DNA of 64,000 nt from assembly GCA_002633005.1 (NCBI GenBank), contig NMRA01000445.1, forward strand, positions 1 to 64,000. Reading direction: 5' to 3'. Below are positions 39,901 through 51,900 of this stretch, piece after piece. The position numbers and the translations under genes were made by a program. This DNA is from Phoronis australis (taxonomy: Eukaryota > Animalia > Phoronida). Numbering within the stretch: position 1 is the stretch's first letter; the number at the start of each line of letters is the position of its first letter. The notes under the pieces are model-generated. The model had not been told where the DNA came from. It saw only the letters and a program-made list of their open reading frames with translations, and did no database searches.

Positions 39901-42900
39901 ATTGGGGCAGTAAGTGCACGTGTTCACGTGACTTTCTTGTCCTTGACGGCATAAATTCTGTTTTCACTGCTGTACTAGTGAATCGTACAACCATTGCGTC
40001 GTTGGTGAATGTTACCGACAAATGAATGGCCACTTACGCGACCAAAGTCAACAAAAACAATACGCATCGATTTTTTGATGAGTTGTATCCCGTAGTTGAA
40101 TTTTAAGAGGATTCAGTTCACCAGAAATTGGAACTGTGTGCGAACGATGAAACAAACAGAATAATGCGACAGCGCAGCATACTTGGCGAAAAAAAATTCG
40201 CCAAGTAAACATGAGTGGCACGTCTATTTTAGGAGAACTGACAGATAACGCACCAAATCGAGCACCTGACTAAACAGTGTGCGTGAATCTAGCAAGCACT
40301 GGTAAAGTATCTTGAGTCGTTAGTGAGTGTTGAAGCGCTGCTGATATATACAGATATTCTGACCTACCTCCGCTGTCGTCATCTATATGGGTATAAAGGG
40401 TACATCAAATGAATAAATTCTGTGTGAAACTAGGAGGTACACTGTAGTTCGGCCAGTCCGTAGGAATAGGTTTATGACATTCGTAAACATTTCGTGGACA
40501 TCAGATTGACAACATGTTTTTATTGTTCAAGATTGTCTTGTGAGGACGAAGTTTTCAAACGTTTTAATTAAACAGTCTCACTTGCAAAGCATAGATTATG
40601 CTTTAAATCATGACGCATAATTCGAATGTGGGTTATCGGGAAAAAGACGACGTAAAGCATTTGAAATTGAAAACTAAGTTAGAAGAATTTGTGAATGGAA
40701 CTTTGAAGGTGTTACAATCTATTGTGACTTTCGAAATTCCTTCTTGAGTATTTGGAAACGTGCTCAGTAACAGCTGAAATTAAGTTGCGTTAACATAAAT
40801 GAAAATAATATTCCCCACCTTCAATGTAGGTACCACATTTGTACACTCCTTAAATTTTGAGCATATTGTGTTAGGCAATGTAATGGAATTAATTTCATCA
40901 AAGAATGGAGCGGTTTTTATAGAACAAAACCCACAAAACTCAATCACTCTAATGTTGTAGAACATACTTATTAGCGGATACGACAAAAAACGTTATCGCC
41001 GCCATTTTGTCGTAAAAATGCGGTTGGCAACATTCCACTCTCTTGTGGCATCACAGATCCGCCAATGATACTATCGCCTGTAGTGTGACGTTGAGTGTAG
41101 TCCACAACCGTCACGTAATATTGCAGAACAGTTTTTTCCTTCCCATAAAATTTGAAATTACTGATTAACTGAAATTCAAAACCATGGGACATGCAAACTT
41201 AAAAAGTGTAATAAAGGGACAAAATGAAATGGATTGAGGACAAAAAAATGTCTTCGACAAAAGTAGCGATTGGAAATTTCAGAGTCTGTTTAGAAATACT
41301 ACAATTTTCAAAAAAGTACGCTACATATATAAACTTTTATCCTTTTATTTGTGTTCACCAGTTACACAACAATGAATGAGTCTAGTCATGAGTATTAAGA
41401 AGCCGCAGAGGCCCAGTGTGCAGCAAAATGGCGATCCAAGAGGTGGCAACCAGGTAGTGGTGGTGACCGGGGCAATTGATTTGGTATTGACAGGGTTTGG
41501 AATTGGCGGTCGACGGGGAGATGGAATTGGTGCCGAGTGTGGTTGGTGCCGACAGGAGGGGCTGGAACTGATGGCCACGAAGGATAGAACTGATGGGAAT
41601 TGGTGCCGAGTGGAATTGATATCGACCGCGTAAAAAATTCCAGTTCAGCCAACCGATGCTGCTCGCGGGGTACTCCACAACTCATCAAGCTTCAGATAGT
41701 GGCACTCTAAATGTCATCTAAAATTTACATTGATTCTAAGGAATCTTCAAAACTCAACCAATATTCTAAACAAGAGCAACGCGAAATGTTGAAATGCGTC
41801 TGCGATTGCCGCAAATAGCAAGCCTCTGGGAGTGTTAATTAGTATCATAAAAATCGCCACTATATGGCACTGAAGACGTCGAACGTGTCTAAACTTTGGA
41901 AGGCGTCGTCGCAACTTTTTGCCACATTTCATAAAAATACGTCGTGGAACTCGAAAAACACGTAAAACACATTCCAGTAGGAGAATGAGGGCTAACTGGA
42001 CAAGTTCGCCTGTTGGCAAGTAAATGGAAAAACACTTGCCACATTTCACAAAGCTCCTGTACGGGATTTAGGAGAAACAGTCGTATATGCAAAAGTGTCA
42101 CCACAGCAGTTGGACCCATCAAAAATGCACATCAGTCATGTTGTTGTCAGACCGAACAAATCTGCCAATTTTCATGGTGATCCTCTGAGCAGCGATACAG
42201 CGACAGGCGACAAAAACTCGATTCTAAAATAATAAAAATGGTCACCGAAATGGAAAGGCGCCGTTGCCAAATTTCAAGAAAAATTGCCAAGGAAGTATGA
42301 GGATACAGGGACAAATGAAAAACTAATCGAAAAGTCGTGTCCAGCCATTCTCACAAGAAAGCACTTCCAACAATTTCACAGAAATCCTGCAAAGGATTAA
42401 TCAGGTATGCCTGCGCAAGCAAAAGAAATTAATTGTCAATAATGACCGTCACAGATGTCAAATCCGTCCAAAAATGAATGTCAGCCGTGGTTTTGTCATA
42501 AGGAACACGTCTGCCAATTTCCATAACAATTTTTGAGCGGCTTGGTTAATAGAGAACTGGACGGCACAAACGGACTAGAAAATGGCAACTAGTTGGTACA
42601 AAATACGTCGAATCCGTTCAAAAACAAAAAGGAAGGCATATTTGTTTACTTAATAGAAACCTATTTGCCGAGTCCCTGAAAATCCATTAATGAATCCCGA
42701 AGATACATAGGCAAACACAAAAATGCCACTAGGAGGTAGAGTCACGTGGTATTCGGATAGGCTCGTCGTTATCACTGGTTGTCAATTCTATAGGAATTTC
42801 ACTGATACCCTGTAAAGCTTAAGGACAGTCGGCCGTGGACGAAAAAATCTCCTCTAGGCAGCGACACTGTTGTCGAACCCGTCCGAAAACAAATGTCAGT

Positions 42901-45900
42901 AGCCGCACTGTTCTTGTCGGGAACTCACAATTTTCATAATGATCGTTTGAGCGTTTGGCAGACAGAGAAATTGACGCCAGAAAACAGACTCCAAAATAAG
43001 GTTACAAAATGGCGTCGATTTCGTCCGAAAATAAAATAGTATCGCCATCTCATTAATAGAAACTCATTTGCCAAATTCAGGAAAATCCATTAACGAACAC
43101 CGAAGATACAAAGACAAACGTGAAAAATGCCTCTAGGGATGCATAGCGGTATTTGAATCAGTCGTCATCCGTCGTCAGCTTCATAAAACACATCTGCCAA
43201 ATCTCATTAAAATCTTTCGAGGGGTTTAGGAGATACGGCAGCGGACGTCGGGTGCCGGACGCCCGGATTCCCAGATACACATGACGGCAATATACACCCA
43301 CGTGTATGTATACGTGGGCGCATAAAAATAACTGGTACATTTCCAGTACAGCCAGCAAAAACCCGGGAATGTTCCAACTATTTTTGTATAATCTACGCGA
43401 CGTGTCTTTACTGCAACGTGTTGGTTCTGGATAAAATGTGCCGCACTTGAAGTGACATTAGACTTCGCGTCTAATTAAGGATCATACCTAGGCCTCTATC
43501 ACGTAGGTGGCCCCCTGACTAAGGGCAACATTTCAATATTTACCTCTGGGTCCATTTCCTCGATCAAGACCGCGCGGGCTCAGCCATTCAAACACGAAAA
43601 TGGCCGTCCCAACAGCGTGGACGCTAAATACAAGTATGAGACACCAAGCTGAGAAATCGTAAGGTTCTGAAAATCACAAACAAAAAGGCATTCAAGTCCA
43701 AAATGCATAGAACCCCGAAATTCAAAAACTAAAAGTGCAAAAACCTTCAGAAACAACAACACATATAATGCTTGTTTCAAACGTTGCATCATTCCGTTCA
43801 ATGGTCTTTAAATCACTCTCGCGTTTGGGAAACGTTTTCCTGGTTGTCCCTACGTTAGCGAGATATTTGGATCATAGACACTGAATTGATGGATGTATGG
43901 TACAATTTCCGCCATTGAATCTGATGCATCAGAAATGTGGCATCGTTTGAATAATGATGCAAGAAACACATAAAATTCTCTTACATATCACACTAAGACA
44001 TACAAAGCTTACAACGTATAATAAGTAAAACCGACATCTCGACGCAGTGTAAAAATTGAAAATATTCTGAACGGAAAAAATGCATTCATTTTCTCTTGAA
44101 ACATAATTAACGCATTCATATTATTTAAGCTCAAGCCGTAATCGTCGACAAGTTTCCAAGTGCAAAACTGGAAAGAATTCTAAAGAGCAACAAAGAAGAG
44201 AGAGCGACAGTGGAGACGAATTGGTGACATTGTAAGATATAAAAATTCATCGCAAAATTCACTACACATCTGATACCTTTGGGAGGCTTCTTTTTTCTAT
44301 TATAACCGAACGGACTGATCCATTCGAGAATGAACACAGTCACTGATACTACCGTTATACAGACTAGAAGTATGAACAGCCACATCAGGAGTTCAAACGG
44401 TTCTGAAAAGTAGGTCAACATACATGACCGCTAGAGATGTCACGGAGTTACGGACCGTCGACGTGCCGCAATTTGGAAGCAGCCACTCAACAAAGTCATC
44501 GGCTAGTATGAACAGTTATACAGCGTTCACATGCCGTCCGATAAAAAGGCAGATCGGATGTCTGGTCGCTGCCTTAAAAAACACGTGTGAACTCTCATAC
44601 GTCTGATTTGCTTTTTTACCGGGTCAAGCGTATGATCTGCCTTCTTACCAATGACCTAACTTGTGGTTAGGCCTAAGCGGTCGCACGTACAATAACTCGC
44701 CAGAATATTAGCATTTTTCACATTTTCGTAAAACGGCTTAAGGAAGCATTAATTTTAAGAGGCTCATTTGGCTTCCGGTCAGATATCCTATCTGCTCCTT
44801 CATAAAGTTCCTATTTGAACGATCCGAAAAATTATTTGTTCATACACGTCCATGAGGTTATGTATGACCTCGTAAGAGGTCAATACATTTAGCCAATTGT
44901 CTAGATTATTACGTAGAAAACCTGTGATTTTTAATTTCAACTTGATACCAATCTGAAATTAACTGGGCCACTTGTTCACGTCTTTTTTAGTAAAATTTAG
45001 GAAACAAGAAACGTATACATTCATAGCAAAACAGTGGTACTAATGACATGAACACAAAATGTCAGTTCAAGTAAATTATCAATAAATATATCTTAAAAAC
45101 ACGGTTACAGATTTCTAAAACGTCATTTCCTATTTTGTTTCATGCAACTTTTGACTGTTTCCATAAAAATCACGAAAGTCCTCTTCTTGATAACCTCCCG
45201 TGAAATTCGCAACCTTGCGGTGGCTGTGATACGACGGCACGGCAACTATTTTTCTCCATTGCCAACTCTCATTAAGTCTATCGATAGACTTACTATCTCC
45301 ATCGATAAACTTACTATCTCTATCGGTAGACTTATTAACTCTATCGATAGAGTTAATAAGTCTATCGATAGAGTTAATAAGTCTATCGATAGTGTTAGCA
45401 ACGGAGAAAAATAGTTGCCGTGCCGTCCTTTCACAGCCACCGTAGACTCATTGTTGTATGGGATATTAGTTTTTAACTACTAAAAGCTCTGAAACAGCAA
45501 TGTTTCGTGATATTTTTACAAATCGTGAGTTCTCATCGTTGTCTACCAGACATTAACTGAAGACTGGTGATTTATCATATAAGCACGCTTGAAATACGCT
45601 TCGAGTTAACGCTTGGCATTTCAATCAGTGCCACATCGCACAGCTACTGCTGTGGAAATATTGGGTTCGCTTCCGCAGGTGCTGCTTTCTGAATATTACT
45701 TTTCTCGCTAAGAATGTTCCTAAAAGCGTTTTGCCGACCAACGCGTCAAGCATAATATGCGAAAATTCCACATGAATCCGATCAGCCATTACTGAGATAT
45801 GGAGTTGTGAAGTTAGCCAAATTTGGACATTTGTTTAGGCTCCTACGTAACTCTAAGTAGTTATTTCACTAACTAAGCCCATGATGCCAAAAAACTTTAG

Positions 45901-48900
45901 TTGATACGAGGTCCGCCCGCTTAAAAATTTGATAATGTTTAACAACACTCTAAAAAACTACATGTGTGCTGATATTTATTTTCATAAAGAAAGTGGTGTA
46001 CTGGGTCCAAAACAATGTTTGCATAGAAAACCAGAAATCAGTAAGCTGTTTAGCCTGACGACCTACCTGTCTTGAAGTTCCGTCGTATAAACTTCTGCTT
46101 GCAATTTTACTGCGTTGCCTTCGTCTGAATTATTCCAATGTGCTTTAAAATGTTAGCGTAAAATATCTGCCGAGCTAAGTCCAAAAAGAACCAATTTTTT
46201 CTTGTTAACCAATTTCCTAATTCGTACTCCAGAAAGTGTTCAGATGGACTAAGAATATTTTGTCGACAACTGAGGTTTAGGCTAACACTGAACCTTGCAA
46301 AACTATGGAACCCTGAACCACGTACCTAGAAAAGCTGTAGGTGATATAACTCCCTTCTTAATGCCAACAATGATGGTAATTCCAGTCTCAAGGAAAGGGA
46401 GTGAAAAAGAGATGGCGTCAGACCTGTCATTGTTGATTTTAAGAGATGTCAGACACATGTCGGCTTTGTGATCCATTAGAGACCTTACAAGTCCGTTCCA
46501 TTCCCCGGTCTAAAATGAAGCATATCCTTTTATCGTACGTTATATCGCAAGCGTAATGGAATCTCTTGTCTGTGTAATCTAAGTTTACAAGAACAACTAT
46601 ATCAAAGTATTTCAGCAGCAAATTGGTTCACAATTTTTACGTAGCTGTGAGAACGAAAGTCATGAAAAGGCGTTTTGCATCATTTATTCCCACAAGGGAA
46701 CACTTCTTGTGTACTCATATGAACGTGAGGCACCACGACATAGTTCGCTAGGCCTAACGATTTCTTAACTAAAACCTTTACAATGAAATACAGCCGATAG
46801 AGATGATGTGAAGAAATAATAATTTATTAGAAAAACTCACTATTTTACTGAACTTTCAAAAGTTAGAGAAGTGGACTATTATTGGACAGCCCGAACCGCG
46901 TGCTGCCATGGTGATGACCTCGTTTAGAAAGAAACTGAAAATCACTATGGCAACGCGCGTGTTCCGTTCACTTGACCGGTAATCGACTGCGCACAACCGG
47001 AAGTAAAATACCTTTTACCCAGGCTTTTGTGCTCGTTATGAGTATTAGATAATACACGCTAGCGTTAGAGTGCGTAGTAAATACTTTTTGGACGTACTCG
47101 TGTGAATTCATTTTGGCGCCAGTTATATACATAAATACATACATACATACATACATACATACATACATACATACATACATTCACACATTCATACATACAT
47201 ATATACATAATTACATTCATGCGTTACAGGGCATTATTTTAGACAGCTGGATAGGAAAGTCGTTGTTGCTTTCTGCTAATAGGCTAAAATCGAATTTAGC
47301 ACCTAATATGATATTCTGATCAACAAGTATTCAACACTGTGTCCCTAACTGCTACTCATCCCTCTATACATTGTTACACAAACATGTAACTATTGTCCAC
47401 AAGATAATCAAGCAATGTGAACTCGAAATGCTCAGAATATTCCTCACCGCGTTGTCACCCCACTTATTGTCTTCAACCCTAAAGAGTTCGTATTCGAAAC
47501 CAATGTCTTTCTCAAGTCTTTGCAGCAAATCAATGGCCAGCCCAGAGACGCACTTGTACGTATAATGTTCTGGATTTACTGTGCCGTTAGGATTGCTGAA
47601 AGATTAAGTGAATAAGACGTTCACGAAAAACAAACAGTATTTCTGCTTCGGAAGTGAAATACTGTGCAGAAAGTTAGTATTGGCAAACCAAACTTGCCAA
47701 AGGAAAGTTCTCTCCGAAAAATATTTCCACGGATTGCATGTTCTGATTTCCATTCATACACTCGCCGAAAACAATTTGTTTTCAATGACCGATACGTGAA
47801 TGCTATGTGGGTAGTGCAAGGGAAAGCTAAGTAAACGTTTCTACGAATTATACTTAATGATAATGACACTATATTACACTCAGTTCAGTGGTGTAGATTG
47901 GAAACTGATGCAAATAGATACTTTCCTTGAAATGGAATGACTTACGGTTTGAATCCAGGTTTGATCTCCCATCGTGCCCTGACCATGCTCTCACGCAAAC
48001 AAAGCCCCGTCTGTTTATCTACGTCGGTAAGTAAAACGTAAGGTTCCTCGTCTAAAGTGACTATTCTCAGCTTCCATTTCTTTGGTCTGTCCTTTGGAGG
48101 TTGGGGAGCGCCACCAGGCCATTGAATTTCGTCTAGAGTAATTTTGTTGACTGGATTCCATGTGCCAACCTGTAAGGTAATTAGGTTCAAGGTCCTCGCC
48201 TGGCAATACTTTGGTGGCACAGAACAGTTTGGCTACAGCCACGGCCAGTTTACAGTGCCACTGAAAAATATATATTCTAGGGGTAGGCCAGTTTCGGGGT
48301 CAGTTTTAATCTAAGCGTCGCATGTAGGTTTGTTTGTATTTGTCAACATGTTGGGAATGAAAAAATACTTATTTGTTCGGCTGTAGATGCACACTTCTTC
48401 AAGATGACTGCCCCTGTTGCAATTATGCATTTCTGAGTAGCCATTGAGAAGTCGACTGTGATTTCAACTAGCCATCGGAAAAGTAGTTGGTTTACAGTAC
48501 TTTTGCACCACATTTTTGAAATCTGCAGGAATTTTGGCTTCCAGAACCTCATGTTGGCTTATGTCGCGTATTGGCAAGGAGGTGGTGGTTTAGGGTGAGA
48601 AGTGGCAATTTTGCGCTTTTCCCCCTTTTTTCTTAGCCTACCTCGCTTTGCAGTAGGAATGAAAGTGGCAAAAATACTAGAGAGAGTAACGTTTCTGTGC
48701 TCATCTGTAGGGCTTTTGTTGTGAAACGACTCACAACTTTTCTTTCTTTGCATAAGGCTTTCGATAGAGGGTAGAAAGGTGACAAGACCATTGGTGTGTT
48801 TTCTGCTGTGCAAAACCCAGCGAGAACTAGGTTAGCTCCATTGTTGTGTACGTGTGTTCAGAGTGGGCGCACTTTGACAATAAACCTTCAGAAATGATAA

Positions 48901-51900
48901 TAATTTAATAATATAGACCAACTGAATTATAGTTTGTATAATTCAATCAACTTTTTAAATTGGATCTATTTTAAAAGACCGACGTATGCTTGGTGGCATG
49001 TGTTTGTGATCAGCATTATCGACAGATATTATTCACATCAACAAGTAAACTTTTAATTCAAAGATTCCTTCTAACAAGTCACTGAATAACCAAAAACTGT
49101 TGGCAAATACTGACACCATAATAGCTGAAGGCTCTACAATGATCACACACCTGGATAGGATGAAGAGGAATTGGGGAGCAATGACGTCCGAAAAAGGTAG
49201 GCAGGAACGGTTCCATCTTTTGCGCCAATGTTTGCAAGGTATTAGTAATGATTGAGACAGATTACGAAGAAACTAACGTCACACGACGCCAGCGTTGCCT
49301 GCATGGGGAATTGTCATCCATTTTCCAAACCACTTATCGCAATTTCAAAGGTCAATCACAATTTTCGCCTCCATTTTATCCAGCGATAAAGTAATTCATA
49401 TGTATGCGCTCTAGAGAAGTTTTCGTTCTCAAATTAGAAACGATATTTACGCTAGTGAATAACATTCGATAATGACGCTTGTAAACGCGTAAATATATTT
49501 ATCGAATAAAAAAGGATTTAAAGGTGCGATAAGTCCATCTTTCATCATAAGAAACTTTTGATTTAGAAACGTCACCATAATCAAAATTTCGGAAGAACTG
49601 ACACTGTAGGTAGCGTAGTGCTGGTACAAGCGCGGGGCCCCTGATTAGCGGTGTGTAAACTCATGAAATCATCTAATTCGATGCGTTAGAGGTCGTCTCA
49701 ATTGCTTTGCTTCTCAAAGGTGAAAATTACGCCTATTTTGCCTTTGCGTTGAAATAACCGTTGTATGAGGATTTGACTTATGCTACAAGCCCAGCAGTTG
49801 CTTAGTCCGGCACTGATGGTAGATAGTTTCAGAAGAACATTTAATTTACAAAGTTAACGTAACTAACGAACGATAATTACTTTACTATTCAACAACCAAC
49901 GATACACTCCCGCGCTCTTCGATCGGCGCTCACTTGTTTGGCAGCTTTTCACATTAGTGTATTTAATACTCGAATTTGAAATTTTTCATCATCAGTCAAG
50001 CGTTGCGTCGTTGTTTGGATTAAAACAAACAGATGTCGAGACTTTGAAGATGGGAGATGGACGTTGTTCTATTTCAGAGCCCTTTGGGGCAGCTCCAATC
50101 AAGATATGATGTAATAACATGTACTAAGTTATATGTACCGTATTCCAGTTTTGTGAACTCTTTCTATAGTTGACAATATTCATTTCGGATTCCTTCAACA
50201 TCCCTGCCTCTGTGAACTCAACTTTAACTTTGCTGTCCTCTTCTGTGAGTGAAGCGTTTCTGAGGCACCTGTCACATGAAACAAAATGAAAATGGTATAA
50301 GTCGCCAAACTTTGAACTAGCAACATAAAAGCGGAAGCACTACACAATCAAGTTAAGAGATGTTTTCGGTTGGGGGTCAGTCATACCCCATTAAACACAC
50401 AGGGCGAAGGATTCCAAACCAAAGACACTCAGAAAAGTTCATCTTATATTTTCTGGAAACATTTTGTCATCGATCACTGAATCTAAGATTAAGAGAAAAC
50501 AAAGATATCAGGAAGAAGGAAGGTTATCAAGAAAATGAAGCTAGTGTTGTCAAAAAGTTAAGATAGTAGGAGTAAAAAATCGAGAATTCCGAAGTGGGAA
50601 GCCGCTCAAACTAACGCCCCCTAGTGGCTACAGCGGTAGAAAACGCAAAACATTTTGGTTGCTGCAAAGCCGGACAGCTACTCTGAACAACATTCAGCAG
50701 CAACGATAGAAACAATTCCCCCAGGATGTCGTTTTCAGGTTTTCTAAGAATAGCGAAAGGTAAGATATACTTGGTTTCAATTAATGTTTTAAAGAAAATT
50801 TCTATATTTTTCATATAAGGGAAATGTGCTAGTCTATGTCTTGCCATACTAAATAAGGACACGTTATTTGCCTTGTGGGAGAAAATCAACGAAATAACGA
50901 GCAGTTGACAGATCGTTTTTTGAAATTTGAAACTAAAAGAAAAATGCCTTGACATCAACAGAACTTGGAAAAAAACGTAAAAATACTTGGTGAAAATATT
51001 CTGTTTCACTGGCAGAGAACAATTTTGTATAATACAATTTAGTCTGTTTTAAAATTGTGCAAAACTTTGGGAACAGCCTTTCTATCTTGACGTGACAGTG
51101 ACATGTCCAGTTGATGTCTTAGTCACACAGTGTGCTCGGCTGACGCCCATCCAATGAATATTCATTATTCATGGTTATATCGGCCAAACAGCCGTGCGAT
51201 TGTCGATACATTATCGCCGAGCGGGTCCGCCGGGGTCAGTTGTCCGAAATTACCAATAGCTGCACCGTTGGTCAAAGTTTAAGTATTTGAAAACATCCGC
51301 CACACAACTACATTCTAAAAAAGGAAATGAACTTGTAATCGTAAATTTCAATGACTACTGTGCAAGGTGTTGTACACGTCAACTGGATGCCGTGCACAGA
51401 TCTACTTGCAACATTTACGGTGCGTTGCGTAGACGCAAGACACTCGCCAGAAAGTGAAACCACGCAAAATCTCGTGAGTGTTTTGTGAGTACACTTGGGC
51501 TCTTATGTCTTATGTACACTAGCGAAATGGCGGCCAGGGAGGGAAATGCCGAATGAAGTCGTATAGTTCTCTGCTAGCATTCCATTAGCGAAGATTTCTT
51601 GCGACAAGTGCCTCGCAAGTGCCCTGCGTTAATGAAAGGCACCCCAAACTCTCATTAAAGTCATACCTGTGACTTGATCAAAGCCATTAAGTCATAAAAT
51701 GACAACGTGGCATTTTTGAAGAGTGGCATGTAGAAACTGATTGGATCAAAACCGTTTCCCAGCAACAAATACATGCAGGCGATCTTTTGAACAAACATGG
51801 ACGCGTCTCTGCCTATGGTCCATATGGCAATGAAAGGTGCACATTTTTTTCTGAAATTTCCCAAACCAGTTTACAATCCCATTTTAACAACATCTGCGTT

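Noticed and set aside
41345-41688. Overlapping ORFs on both strands in a GC-rich patch
   Set aside because: Made of degenerate ggaattggtgccgagt subrepeats typical of repeat elements; no domain or splice support.
35027-43543. Duplicated M2/M3 pore exon paired with exon 10a or 10b
   Set aside because: Looked by eye for a second SYTANLAAF or WxxLF exon in this intron and between 10a and 10b; none found, though a highly diverged copy could be missed.
46067-46124. Extra GluN2 exon between exon 9 and exon 10a (cag ... gtaggt on the minus strand)
   Set aside because: 58 nt would shift the frame inside the conserved AFL-EP junction; no homology.
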